Sequence record: KX397371.1
Direction: 5' to 3' (one strand)
DNA length: 64,000 bases
Within the stretch, counting starts at the first letter, position 1. Each line of letters opens with the position of its first letter. This document shows, one piece after another, positions 28,213-38,152 of this stretch. The notes below the pieces were generated by a model. That model made no database searches, was not told the DNA's origin, and was given only the letters and a program-made list of their open reading frames with translations. A program made the position numbers and the translations under genes.

Positions 28213-28485
28213 ATGAAACCCTATCCATTCTGGAAACGTTTATACTTTGCCTTTTTCCCAGACAAAGACCCGAGAACGGTTAAATACATCTTCACGTTCG
28301 ATCGTGAGGAAGATGAGTTTTGGGCAATGCTGAACGGTGACTATCCGGGATGGACGGCTATCTTTCCGTTCATGGAACGGAGTGAGCCCCGTGTGATTCA
28401 CTATCATGACATCCACGGGGACTTAGTGGCTATCTGTGTACGGTGGCCAAACCGCAACTATTACTACACCGTTAAGGTGCGTTAA
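28213..28485 (+). CDS. Hypothetical protein
   Basis: GAGGA RBS, 90 aa, aromatic-rich. Confidence 0.75.
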   Translation: MKPYPFWKRLYFAFFPDKDPRTVKYIFTFDREEDEFWAMLNGDYPGWTAIFPFMERSEPRVIHYHDIHGDLVAICVRWPNRNYYYTVKVR

Positions 28486-28501
28486 GACAAGGGGTGTGGC
28501 C

Positions 28502-28861
28502 ATGCGTGTAAAAAGAACAAGTGATGGCAAACTGTCATTCTTGTGTCCGGGTTGTGGCGTACGCCATACGGCGTCAGTTTCTTCATCTGGTGGCCCACAG
28601 TGGTCGTGGAACGGTGACGTAGACCGTCCCACGTTAACGCCATCTGTGTTGGTGCGCTCCGGGCACTATGTTCCCGGACACGACAAATCTGGCTGTTGGT
28701 GTACCTACTACGCTGATCATCCTGATGAAGATCCCGAAGACAGTTTCAAATGTGGTGTCTGCCACTCGTTTGTGACAGACGGAAATATCCAATTCTTAAA
28801 CGATTGTACACATGCACTGGCCGGGAAAACTGTTCCTCTGCCTGAGTTGCAGGAGGACTGA
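28502..28861 (+). CDS. DUF6527-like Cys/His-rich protein
   Basis: CPGCG..H, WSWNGDVDRPTLTPSV, CHSFVTDGNIQFLNDCTHALAG. Confidence 0.75.
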   Translation: MRVKRTSDGKLSFLCPGCGVRHTASVSSSGGPQWSWNGDVDRPTLTPSVLVRSGHYVPGHDKSGCWCTYYADHPDEDPEDSFKCGVCHSFVTDGNIQFLNDCTHALAGKTVPLPELQED

Positions 28862-28863
28862 TT

Positions 28864-30030
28864 ATGTCGTCACCAGATTTAGATTTTATTACGCTGTGTG
28901 AGGATTTTGACACAGTGGTTGCCTTGGAGTCCATTGGGGTGGGAATGAATAACCCGATGATGCGCTCTATTGCCTTGCGATGGAACGTGTTAGATGAAGC
29001 CGAGGCGGAGTGGGAAGAAGCGGTTGCCCGTGAGTCCAATGCGATGATGGAACGGGCACAGGCGGTCGCCGACGGTGCTGCACAAGGTAGCATCGCGAAG
29101 AAGGTTGCCAAAGACGCCGGTAAGGCTGCGGTGGGTGTGGGGATGGGTGCTGCCCGTCTGGCCGGTAAAGGGACTGTTAAGGGCGCGAAAGCCGCAGGTA
29201 AAGGCGCTAAACACCTTTCGAGCAAACTGCTGGATAAATTCAAAGAGTGGGCAGAACACTACGGTCCTATCTTTAAAGAGAAAATCGCGGACATGACGTC
29301 GAAATCCACCACGATGGAAAAGCGTCGCCAGAAGCTCGAGTCCAAACTGCACACGGCGGAGATTCACCCGCAGGATGTCCGTGTCCTGACGTGGGCGAGT
29401 TGTGTCTGTTATGAAGACAAACCCGACCTTGCCAAGTGTATCGAGTTGTCGAATCACAGTGAAGCGATGGCTGCCGCGGTGAAAGAGTACACCGTGAAAG
29501 TTGACCAAACCAAACTGGTTGTCGACCGCCGTAAGAAGAACGATGACGGTACGCTGGATAAAATTGGTTATCCGTCAAACGCCGCGATTCACCGTGCTTC
29601 AGGTCTTCTCGGACGCTTTACCGAGAACGATGTCAAGGCCCGTCCGTTAGCCGGTAACGTTATCATTGTTACCCGTGGGTTCGGTGCAAAAGAGAAGGTG
29701 GAGTTTGCCGTTGCCCGTGAAGCCAAAATCGGTGGCAAGTTCGAAACGCTGTCTAAGGCCGAGTGTGAAAAAGCATTAGAAGCCGTTAAGCGTATTGCAC
29801 AAGCCCTCGAAGACCGCAGTGCTAAGCGTGGCGTCTTCAGCTACACCGGCATCTATGAAAACATGGAAAAGCTGCGTGAGCACATGAAGGATTTGGACGG
29901 GAACGAGCTGCGTGCCGTTACGCTCCAGTTCAAGAACGCCATGGCTGTCGAAGATGCGTTTACAACAGCGCTCGTTCGTGTGGGTGATGGTCTGCTCAAT
30001 TGGGTGCAGGCGTCCATTAAGGCGGGTTAA
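28864..30030 (+). CDS. Putative internal head (ejection) protein of a phiKZ-type paralogue family
   Basis: Acidic N-terminus with ALE (20-22) and ARE (55-57) cleavage-like motifs, then an Ala/Gly/Lys-rich helical region; strong codon bias. Confidence 0.55.
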   Translation: MSSPDLDFITLCEDFDTVVALESIGVGMNNPMMRSIALRWNVLDEAEAEWEEAVARESNAMMERAQAVADGAAQGSIAKKVAKDAGKAAVGVGMGAARLAGKGTVKGAKAAGKGAKHLSSKLLDKFKEWAEHYGPIFKEKIADMTSKSTTMEKRRQKLESKLHTAEIHPQDVRVLTWASCVCYEDKPDLAKCIELSNHSEAMAAAVKEYTVKVDQTKLVVDRRKKNDDGTLDKIGYPSNAAIHRASGLLGRFTENDVKARPLAGNVIIVTRGFGAKEKVEFAVAREAKIGGKFETLSKAECEKALEAVKRIAQALEDRSAKRGVFSYTGIYENMEKLREHMKDLDGNELRAVTLQFKNAMAVEDAFTTALVRVGDGLLNWVQASIKAG

Positions 30031-30032
30031 GC

Positions 30033-30509
30033 ATGAAAGTCGTTTTAGTTTCTAAGTTAACATCCCGGCTGGGCCAGAAGTTCCACGCCGAGTTAACCGA
30101 TTTGCACAACAGTCTCTATAACGACCAGCAGGCCCGTCTTAAAGACCTGAATGGCCGAAGTGGCTTTAATGAAATCGATGATGTCTCCGAAGTCTGGAGC
30201 GAAGGACAGCAGGCTGCCGTGGCTGTAGACGACGAAGGTCGTGCGGTGGGGTTCCTGTCCTTCTCCATTCAGACCGGTCGGTCGAACATGGGCAGTAAGT
30301 GGTTGTGGATTTACAACTTCTATGTCAACAACGACCAACGTGGTAAAGGTGTCGGTCTTCTGCTGATGAACGCGGTGCGTGACCACGGGAAAGCCAAAGG
30401 TTGTGGTTTCATGCAGCTCTACGTGCTGGACAATAACCAGCAAGCGATTGCGATGTACCAGAAGTTTGGTTTTCGCACCGAATATCGGGATATGGTGAAG
30501 GAGATTTAA
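30033..30509 (+). CDS. GNAT-family acetyltransferase
   Basis: NFYVNNDQRGKGVGLLLM and LYVLDNNQQAIAMYQKFGF. Confidence 0.9.
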   Translation: MKVVLVSKLTSRLGQKFHAELTDLHNSLYNDQQARLKDLNGRSGFNEIDDVSEVWSEGQQAAVAVDDEGRAVGFLSFSIQTGRSNMGSKWLWIYNFYVNNDQRGKGVGLLLMNAVRDHGKAKGCGFMQLYVLDNNQQAIAMYQKFGFRTEYRDMVKEI

Positions 30510-31115
30510 ATGGCAACTGTTCGCAATGTGCCCCATCAGGAGGGTCGTCATTATACGTTTGGTGTGAAGCGGCATTTCCTCGGTTTCCGTCCGGGATGGA
30601 AAGTGGTTCGCGTTGCGGGCAGTTTCTGGCAACTCCCACCTAACGTGTTGAAGCATTACTCGGCAGAGCAGATACAACATTTCCTCACACTGGCGGACTG
30701 GAGACAGAAAGAGTCCTTTAACCGCATCAAGTGTAATGAAATTGGTAAGTCTCGGAATGCAACCGAGCGGGGTGTTTATTGGACGGGGCAGAACGCATTT
30801 CAAACGGGTGGTTTTGTTGGCCCAACAGAAGTGCGTGAAGTCGAAGGGCAACTGGACGGCAGAAAGTTTATCGGCCTGCACATCCACTGCCCTGATTCCC
30901 CTCAGTATGACTACCTGCTTGTTACCGATAAAGATGTGACCTTCTCAACGTTCTACAAGTACCTCTTGTTTTACAGCGATAAGATCTACTTCTACGCGTT
31001 CAATCGTGATACGCCGTGGGATATCGGTTTCCCTTACTTACGCCTACGGAGTAAAGAGGCATGTTCTATCGAGAACTTCAACAGTATACCGACGCTTTGC
31101 AAAGAAGCGAGCTAA
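30510..31115 (+). CDS. Hypothetical protein
   Basis: 201 aa, directly abuts the GNAT stop. Confidence 0.75.
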   Translation: MATVRNVPHQEGRHYTFGVKRHFLGFRPGWKVVRVAGSFWQLPPNVLKHYSAEQIQHFLTLADWRQKESFNRIKCNEIGKSRNATERGVYWTGQNAFQTGGFVGPTEVREVEGQLDGRKFIGLHIHCPDSPQYDYLLVTDKDVTFSTFYKYLLFYSDKIYFYAFNRDTPWDIGFPYLRLRSKEACSIENFNSIPTLCKEAS

Positions 31116-31429
31116 AGCACGACAGTAACTTTGATGATGTCACGGATGTCCTTTCTCAATTTAAAGACCTCGTGGTAACCGTTAAGACTGACCCAATCGG
31201 TGTACAGTCGCGGGGGTTAGACCTTGTGATTGCCAACGAACATGGGCGGTTCCATTTGCGCTTCCGTTACAGTAAGGATTTTTTACTCACCTTATTGTGT
31301 CACGTTGAAACGAATGGCCAGCGACACAAAGTGCGTTGGTGGGACGATTATTCTAAGTTCGAGTACGCAGAAGCGGAACACCGCCAAACCGTATACGACT
31401 TTATGCGAGCCGTAATTAACGGATTTTGA
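31061..31429 (+). CDS. Hypothetical protein
   Basis: AGAGG RBS, 55-nt overlap with the upstream gene; start uncertain. Confidence 0.6.
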   Translation: MFYRELQQYTDALQRSELKHDSNFDDVTDVLSQFKDLVVTVKTDPIGVQSRGLDLVIANEHGRFHLRFRYSKDFLLTLLCHVETNGQRHKVRWWDDYSKFEYAEAEHRQTVYDFMRAVINGF

Positions 31430-31439
31430 GAGAGCGAAA

Positions 31440-32039
31440 ATGCCTGAGATGATCTTAGACTCGCTTTTCCTGATTACCAATGCGTACATTGATAAGAATG
31501 GTAAACTGCCGGTGCGAATCTGCGTCCGGCGCAGCGGCGTGAGCCGTCTGTATCACATTACCAAAGTCTTAGACATTGCGTGTAAAGTAACCGGGATGAA
31601 GCGACCGAAAACCCTGAACAACTTCAAACACGTTCAGGGTATTTTACACAAAGCCATGTGTGACATGCACCGTAAGCGTCGTCACTCGCCGTACCATCCA
31701 TTAACACGGGCATCAGGGGGTAGCGTGGAGTATCGTGAGAATATCGTTAACCTGCGGCCGGGTTATTGCAATGTTGCGGGGTTAGGCGCACAACGCCTGC
31801 GGAACATCATTCAGGGCAAGAACGCTGAACCGACCCCGCAGGAAGCAGAACACGCGATGTCGATGTTGCGCGCTGCTGAACTCGTGGTGGTGGATACCGA
31901 AGTCGAAGCGTACCGTATGCAGTTCTTCTTGACGGAACGCGGACTAACGGCTTTGGTGGTCTACGGTGAAACAGCGGACAAGCTGAACCTGCCGAGCACA
32001 GATGGTGAATGGTCGAAACCGACCGTTGAACACCAGTAA
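31440..32039 (+). CDS. Hypothetical protein
   Basis: 199 aa, terminator at 32045-32064. Confidence 0.75.
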   Translation: MPEMILDSLFLITNAYIDKNGKLPVRICVRRSGVSRLYHITKVLDIACKVTGMKRPKTLNNFKHVQGILHKAMCDMHRKRRHSPYHPLTRASGGSVEYRENIVNLRPGYCNVAGLGAQRLRNIIQGKNAEPTPQEAEHAMSMLRAAELVVVDTEVEAYRMQFFLTERGLTALVVYGETADKLNLPSTDGEWSKPTVEHQ

Positions 32040-32079
32040 AGTTTACCCACCCCTCGGGGTGGGTTTACTCTATCTTTTT

Positions 32080-32105
32080 TTGAATAGATATTATTTAGGT
32101 GAGAT
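32080..32105 (+). promoter_or_regulatory. Putative early promoter
   Basis: TTGAATAGATATTATTTAGGTGAGA after the terminator. Confidence 0.65.
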
Positions 32106-32192
32106 AACAATAGTTATCTTTTTTTACAGCAGATATTCTAAGTATGCCGATGTGTGCCGGTTAAAGCACACCACATCCTACTAGGAGACATT

Positions 32193-32942
32193 ATGAAATT
32201 GGAACACGCTGTCGGACACCCACTGAAAACGCTGCGCAGTAACCCGTACATGGAAGAAGTCTGGACACTTAACCATCCGGATGCCGCTCACAGTTTCCAC
32301 TTCTTCAAAGCGAACGATAAGAAATACTCAGCGAAAGGTGTCGTGGTTGAGAAAGGGATTGATATCATCGTCGAAGTATTGCCGAGTATGGCCGACATGA
32401 AAAAGTTAATCGGTGCACGCGGTTTCGGATGGAAGTTAGAGAGCTTTTATCATCCTCTCTATTTGAGGATAGGCGAGATTGCCTTCAGACGTTGTTTGGG
32501 CAACGCAGATTTTCGCGTGGCACTAGCAAAGAACGACGGTGAGTTTGTCAGGAATTATGATCCACTAATTCACAGTTTGTTCTTAGCGTATGGCTTGGCA
32601 ACAGCCGAGATACGACCAGGAAAAGAGGGGATTTGGCCGTACGAAATTCTAACGTGGAATAGCACCTTCCGTGCGAAGTACCATACCGGAAAAGAGTTGT
32701 CAGGTCGCCGCAAACTTACTTACCGCCAAAGCAAGCATCCGGAACTGCCATGTACCGCAGAAATGGATATGCGTTTTGATGTCAAGCGTCGATGTAACAC
32801 AGCGCCTAATTTGACGATTACCAGACGGTATCTTCTCGAGAGTTGGCCAAACTCCAAAACGTTTGTTGCGTCCCCAGAAAACAAACCGTATTTGGATATC
32901 CTTTTGGCAGAGGCGGATAGCACCGATACCAGACAGTTGTAA
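32193..32942 (+). CDS. Hypothetical early protein
   Basis: AGGAG RBS before ATG 32193; terminator at 32947-32970. Confidence 0.75.
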   Translation: MKLEHAVGHPLKTLRSNPYMEEVWTLNHPDAAHSFHFFKANDKKYSAKGVVVEKGIDIIVEVLPSMADMKKLIGARGFGWKLESFYHPLYLRIGEIAFRRCLGNADFRVALAKNDGEFVRNYDPLIHSLFLAYGLATAEIRPGKEGIWPYEILTWNSTFRAKYHTGKELSGRRKLTYRQSKHPELPCTAEMDMRFDVKRRCNTAPNLTITRRYLLESWPNSKTFVASPENKPYLDILLAEADSTDTRQL

Positions 32943-33040
32943 TTCTATAAGCGACCTTCGGGTCGCTTATTTTTTTGTTCGATTACACCAGTTGTACATT
33001 ATGTGTACAGAACACTTAAAGCTTTAATGGGGAAAACGTA

Positions 33041-33682
33041 ATGACAGCCATTACCGCGGCCTTCGATGGTCACGATTATGCTGGGAAGTCTACGATGGTG
33101 CAGAAGGTTCGTGCCGTCTTAGAAGGTCTTGGTCTGCGAGTGAAGGTGGTTAACCACCCGTGTGCGGATACCGAGACAGGGCAGTTTGCTCGCCGCCAGT
33201 TAGTGACTGGTGTGGCAGATGCTCTGGTTGCACGGGCAATGTGTCAGGATTTCGAATACACACTGCAATACGTCGTACCCCAATACGACGTGGTTTTGCT
33301 TGACCGTTGGGCACCCGTGACAATCGCGAACCAAGGTGACGAGGGCCGTCAGGAAGTCTTCCGTTCTGGCGTGTGTAACCAACCGGGTTCTCCCCAGATT
33401 TATGTTTCGATGGAAGTTGGTTTTGAAACCGCCAAACTCCGTCGCAGCAAACGTCTGGCTGAGAAAGGGTTGGACTGGGATGATGCGGTCAGTGGTAAGA
33501 TGTTCGAGTCGGAAGAAGCGTGGGATGCGTATCGCGATCGCTATCGTTATGCGTTTCAGATTCTGACCGAGGGCGGGGATAAGTTCCAGTGGCTGAAGTT
33601 TGACGAACAGTCTGACCAAGTTACGGCACCGCTCACTATCGCGACCGCAATCGCAGTGGCGTACGTGAACAAACTAAAATAA
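33041..33682 (+). CDS. tmk: Thymidylate (dNMP) kinase
   Basis: FDGHDYAGKST P-loop, VLLDRW, lid AKLRR; terminator at 33690-33713. Confidence 0.85.
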   Translation: MTAITAAFDGHDYAGKSTMVQKVRAVLEGLGLRVKVVNHPCADTETGQFARRQLVTGVADALVARAMCQDFEYTLQYVVPQYDVVLLDRWAPVTIANQGDEGRQEVFRSGVCNQPGSPQIYVSMEVGFETAKLRRSKRLAEKGLDWDDAVSGKMFESEEAWDAYRDRYRYAFQILTEGGDKFQWLKFDEQSDQVTAPLTIATAIAVAYVNKLK

Positions 33683-33762
33683 GAAAGACCCCTCTTACCT
33701 TCGGGTAAGAGGGTTTTATTTTTTACACCAACCAATAGTCCTATGCTTTATTCCACAAAATC

Positions 33763-33785
33763 TCAGATAGATATCATCTAGGTGG
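33763..33785 (+). promoter_or_regulatory. Putative early promoter
   Basis: TCAGATAGATATCATCTAGGTGG. Confidence 0.7.
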
Positions 33786-33830
33786 ACATTGAAATCAATG
33801 TCTTATTGTACCCACAAGGAGAATCAAACA

Positions 33831-34181
33831 ATGCGTTATATCCATGATGCTACACGTAATGCTAAAAACAAGTTCGTCAACCAGATGAGCTTCATCATTG
33901 AAAAGATTGTTGAAGACGGTGTAAAGCAGCGTGAACTTGCTGACGTTGCGAAAGTCTCACCTGGCGTCATTAGCAACATCAAATTCGGTCGTGTTGACCG
34001 TGTTTCATTTGACGTCGTTAAGCGTGTCGCCGATGCCCTGCGTCTGGAATATACAATCACCGTAACGTCCCGCTTTGGTAAGGCTACCGAAGTCGTGACC
34101 GTACAAACCGGTTATGAATATATGAGACTCAATGCCGCATGGCAGGGTCACCAGGCTAAGTCCGTCCGTACCGCACACTAA
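33831..34181 (+). CDS. XRE/Cro-type helix-turn-helix protein
   Basis: QRELADVAKVSPGVISNIKFG..VSFDVVKRVADAL; AAGGAG RBS. Confidence 0.85.
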   Translation: MRYIHDATRNAKNKFVNQMSFIIEKIVEDGVKQRELADVAKVSPGVISNIKFGRVDRVSFDVVKRVADALRLEYTITVTSRFGKATEVVTVQTGYEYMRLNAAWQGHQAKSVRTAH

Positions 34182-34192
34182 TCGAGGTTACC

Positions 34193-34657
34193 ATGAAAGC
34201 AATTTATGCCGCTGGTAAGACCCAGCACATTATCGCCCCACACGACGAATGTTGCCCACACCTCCATCCGTGGCAAATCGCCCCGTACTACACCGCGCAA
34301 ATCGTCGGCCCTATCCGTACGGTGTTCTACACCTGTAAGTCGTGCCACGAAGCGTTACAGAACGAAATCGCGCAGAACTTTATCCTCTGCAACGATTGCC
34401 GTAAACCGATGGCCCCGGAAGAAGTGATTTGCTGGTCGCCGTATGACACAAATCCTGCACAGCCGACCATCTATCTGTGCAAAGACTGTGAATGTGGTAC
34501 GAAACACTTTGACCGTGTGGAGTACGACCGTGCGAACTTCGTGCAAAGCTACCCGGTGAAACAACGTAACCTCCGCCTGCTCGCGACAAGCGATGTCGGA
34601 ATGAACATGCGTTATATTCCGGAGCCGATTCGTCGTCCGTATGACACACACATCTAA
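34193..34657 (+). CDS. Zinc-finger protein
   Basis: CCPH, CKSC, CNDC and CKDC motifs; terminator at 34668-34686. Confidence 0.7.
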   Translation: MKAIYAAGKTQHIIAPHDECCPHLHPWQIAPYYTAQIVGPIRTVFYTCKSCHEALQNEIAQNFILCNDCRKPMAPEEVICWSPYDTNPAQPTIYLCKDCECGTKHFDRVEYDRANFVQSYPVKQRNLRLLATSDVGMNMRYIPEPIRRPYDTHI

Positions 34658-34755
34658 AAGTAAAGTAAAGGGGGTCTTTCCCCCTTCTTATTTTTTGCCT
34701 TTTTACGCAACTTCCCTTTCCTGTGAATAACAAGAATTTGTTGCGGGGGAAATCG

Positions 34756-35763
34756 ATGCAATCGATAGCGCAATCAACCATCATTAAACCGTCGGTCGAA
34801 CCGACAGAACAGCAAATCAATATCACCATTGAGCGTCTCACTTGGGGTAGCGAAAAAGCACGCGAGTATTATCATGCCTTTGGGTCACGTACCATTCCGA
34901 TTAAACAGTTGAACGTTATCCTCAAAAATTCGCAGTACCAAGTCTTCGGTTTGCGTAACGACAGACATAAGCCACTCGGGTATATCTCGGTCATTACTAC
35001 CATGGGCGATGAAACACTCATCATTCACCATGCAGAAGAGATTATCTCTAAGTCTCTTAACAAAGTGGCGATGATGATGTTGTTGGATCACGTCGGGTGC
35101 CGCTATGCAATGACGGTTGACGGGTCGTCTGATAACTTCGACTTCCGCAATCGCATGGGCTTTAAGCTGATTGAAAACAACTGGATGGTGAACTGTAAAC
35201 CGTACGAGAAACTTCCCATCGATAAACGGATTGTGGATGTCTCTGGTTTAGAGTCACTCAGCGAACATCAGCTTGAGCAACTTACCGGTTTAGTCCGCTA
35301 CACCATCTACCGCGAAGGGCAGACTGATCCGTTTGGTCGGGAAATCTTCCGTGAAGTGTTACCAGAGTCGGTCATTGAACGTGGGCGCACCAGTCAGTAT
35401 AAAACGCTGGTCTGGATGGATGCGGGGGATATTCTCGGCGTCGCACAACTGCAATACGCACAATGGGGTGAGGTTATCCTGAGTGGGGTTGGGGTTGATG
35501 GTTCCCATACGGGCAAGCGTATCGGGCGCAATCTGGTTGCCGCGGCAATTCAGAAAGCGGGCATGTCTCACGAACACCTGATGGCCACCACCTTTGCAGA
35601 CAATGGGCCAATGAACCACCTGTTTGGAAACCTCTTAGGTTGGGATATGTTGCCGGGGTCAATTGGCGTGGAGTTGGTTGAGAACGCGGTGAGCTGGAAG
35701 AAGTCGAAGAAGTATCTGGGTGTGACAGCCGGTCACGGTGCCCCAATGTACAAAGGGGATTGA
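34756..35763 (+). CDS. Tandem (double) GNAT-fold acetyltransferase
   Basis: C-domain SGVGVDGSHTGKRIGRNLV and DNGPMNHLF..LGW; N-domain ends FRNRMGFKL. Confidence 0.75.
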   Translation: MQSIAQSTIIKPSVEPTEQQINITIERLTWGSEKAREYYHAFGSRTIPIKQLNVILKNSQYQVFGLRNDRHKPLGYISVITTMGDETLIIHHAEEIISKSLNKVAMMMLLDHVGCRYAMTVDGSSDNFDFRNRMGFKLIENNWMVNCKPYEKLPIDKRIVDVSGLESLSEHQLEQLTGLVRYTIYREGQTDPFGREIFREVLPESVIERGRTSQYKTLVWMDAGDILGVAQLQYAQWGEVILSGVGVDGSHTGKRIGRNLVAAAIQKAGMSHEHLMATTFADNGPMNHLFGNLLGWDMLPGSIGVELVENAVSWKKSKKYLGVTAGHGAPMYKGD

Positions 35764-35764
35764 G

Positions 35765-36586
35765 ATGCGTTCTATTTTAAAATGGGTCGGTGGAAAGAAG
35801 CGAATCATCCAACCCCTGCGTAAGGTGTTCGGTGACACCGATTGTTTCGTCGAGCCGTTCGTGGGCGCAGGTTCGGTATTCATGAACACCAACTTCCCGA
35901 AGTACATTCTCTCTGACTACAATCCCGATTTGGTTGCGGTGCTCCGTTCTGCGATGGAAGCCCCGGACGATTTGGTGGAAGCTTGTGAGCAACTCTGGAC
36001 TAACGGGTGTGACCCTGAGGTTTATGATGCCCGCCGGGCGATACTCAACGACCGTGAGAACGTCACCGTCGAAGACACCATTGACCGGGCAGCTATCTTC
36101 ATTTACCTGAACCGTCACGGGTACAATGGGTTGTGTCGCTACAACAAGTCGGGCGGGTACAACGTCCCTTATGGCGACCACCCAACCAAACCGTATTTAC
36201 CCAAAGAAGAAATTCATGCTTTCTGGAAACGCTGCACCGAATCCGAAGTAGACTTGCGCTGCTGTGGCTTTGAGGAGACGATTATCAATGCACCGAAAGG
36301 TTCACTGATTTACGCTGACCCTCCGTACATACCCAGCTCGAAGACTTCCTCGTTTGCGCAGTATCATAAAGCGTCCTTTAACCAACAACACCAACGCCAA
36401 TTGGCTAAACTCCTGAAAGAAGCACATCTTCGTGGTTGTCGTGTAGTCCTGTCGAATTCTGATACGCTGCTCACCAAAGACATCTACTATGGCTTCCAAT
36501 GGGAGACCGTAGAGGTGGGGCGGTATTTAGGGTCGAAGGCTGAAACCCGTGGACGTGTGAACGAGTTGATTGGTGTTCTGGAGTAA
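35765..36586 (+). CDS. dam: DNA adenine methyltransferase (Dam family, GATC presumed)
   Basis: LKWVGGK, FVEPFVGAGSVF, YLNRHGYNGLCRYN..G.YNVPYG, IYADPPY, SNSD. Confidence 0.92.
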   Translation: MRSILKWVGGKKRIIQPLRKVFGDTDCFVEPFVGAGSVFMNTNFPKYILSDYNPDLVAVLRSAMEAPDDLVEACEQLWTNGCDPEVYDARRAILNDRENVTVEDTIDRAAIFIYLNRHGYNGLCRYNKSGGYNVPYGDHPTKPYLPKEEIHAFWKRCTESEVDLRCCGFEETIINAPKGSLIYADPPYIPSSKTSSFAQYHKASFNQQHQRQLAKLLKEAHLRGCRVVLSNSDTLLTKDIYYGFQWETVEVGRYLGSKAETRGRVNELIGVLE

Positions 36587-36588
36587 CC

Positions 36589-37383
36589 ATGCACCTGTTA
36601 TCGTATCCACCTGTGTACGAGCGACCTGTCCTCCTTAACGGTCGAGAGGTTGAAGTTGAACGTATCTGGCAAGGCATTAAACAAACCCATCCGTTAGCGA
36701 TGGACGAGGAGCATTATCTGGTGGTGTCTAACACTCGCCAGACGCTCCTTGTATTAAGTGGCGAACGTCACGGCGATGTGTTCCATATTCTCAATATGGT
36801 GCCGATGACCGACAAGCCCTTTTACCAGTGGAAAAACCTCATGCGTCAACTCGAAGTGGTTCACTTCGATGTGGTATTAGACCCAAGTGCTCATGTCGAG
36901 CACGGGATATGTCAGGCCATGGGACTTGAGTTCGTGACAAAGCGTGTGAAGTTTACCCCGTTTGATGTTTCGCGTTTCAACACGCGTGCGCCGATGATTC
37001 ATCGTCAGGAGAACTGCTCTCTTGATGAGATGGAGCGTGTGTGTCAGATAACGAAGAAATCACTGCCGGGGTACAAGCACATCTTAAAGGAAGTGGCGTT
37101 CGGTTTTATGGAAACGTTGGTACGCAAACAAAACGACAAGATTACGTCGGTGTTGTTTGTTAGCCAGACACCTAATACCGTCACCGTCGCTAACTACGTT
37201 TCTGTGTTTCATCAACAGGACAGGCAGTATGCGCAGGACTTCTCGGAGTTCTTCCGATACTTACTGAAACTGTGCGGGACACAGAAAAAGTCGTTGTATA
37301 TCTCGCTGGACGCTAAGGCAGAGATACCGACTTACGATGGTATCACTCATGAGGTGGTGACACATCATTACACGATTGCTTAG
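36589..37383 (+). CDS. Hypothetical protein, probable degenerate tandem-GNAT fold
   Basis: ICQAMGLEF and ETLVRKQNDKITSVLFV align by eye with 34756; motif A not seen. Confidence 0.5.
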   Translation: MHLLSYPPVYERPVLLNGREVEVERIWQGIKQTHPLAMDEEHYLVVSNTRQTLLVLSGERHGDVFHILNMVPMTDKPFYQWKNLMRQLEVVHFDVVLDPSAHVEHGICQAMGLEFVTKRVKFTPFDVSRFNTRAPMIHRQENCSLDEMERVCQITKKSLPGYKHILKEVAFGFMETLVRKQNDKITSVLFVSQTPNTVTVANYVSVFHQQDRQYAQDFSEFFRYLLKLCGTQKKSLYISLDAKAEIPTYDGITHEVVTHHYTIA

Positions 37384-37390
37384 GAGGGTT

Positions 37391-38152
37391 ATGAGAGAGA
37401 TAACGAAAGAGGTGCTAGATGGTACGTATGACCAACCGCTCGGGCGTGGTGTATTAGACTGGCGTATCTTAGATCTGGCCCCCATGGAAACAAAACACAT
37501 TGTTGAAGTGGGGCGTTGGCGTGTGTACCTAAAACGTCATCGTATCGAGGAAACAGCGCTACTGGTTTCCGTTGACCGTTTTGGGGATGTGGAAGAACCA
37601 CTGAATCTGCTCCCTGATGTGCTGGATGTCAAGGCAGTCTTTGCTTACTCGACGACGACTGCGGATGAAGCCCTTAAACGAATAGGGTTTGATCTGCATG
37701 CAGTGAAATATATCATTCCACCGCGCGAGGGTATCAGACCACCGCCGAAGATGATTGAAAACTGCCTGTTGACGGACCAAGAAGCGGCGTCTTTTAAACT
37801 GGCCGCCATCGAAGAAGAAAGCATCCGTAAAGCGGCGGAAGCGTACGGTATGGGCACAGCTGCGTTTCACCGTGTCGACTTTGGGCACGGACGTACGGCA
37901 GTTGCGCTTATCAATATCGTCGATGAACATGCCACACTGCTGACGCACTGGGCAAGTGACTTCCAATCGCAAATGACGGTTGCTGACATCTTTAACTACA
38001 TTGCCTCCAGTCAGAAGAACGGCGGGGAATACGTGGTTAACCGTCAAACGTTCGATAACCCAACCCCTCTGGTGGAAACGCTGGAAACCCTCAACACCAC
38101 GACACGCGGTGTTTATATTATCACAAAAGGAGTATCTACCCATGCAAACTAG
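37391..38152 (+). CDS. Hypothetical protein, probable degenerate tandem-GNAT fold
   Basis: ALKRIGFDL and GRTAVALINIV segments parallel 34756/36589; GGAGG RBS. Confidence 0.45.
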   Translation: MREITKEVLDGTYDQPLGRGVLDWRILDLAPMETKHIVEVGRWRVYLKRHRIEETALLVSVDRFGDVEEPLNLLPDVLDVKAVFAYSTTTADEALKRIGFDLHAVKYIIPPREGIRPPPKMIENCLLTDQEAASFKLAAIEEESIRKAAEAYGMGTAAFHRVDFGHGRTAVALINIVDEHATLLTHWASDFQSQMTVADIFNYIASSQKNGGEYVVNRQTFDNPTPLVETLETLNTTTRGVYIITKGVSTHAN

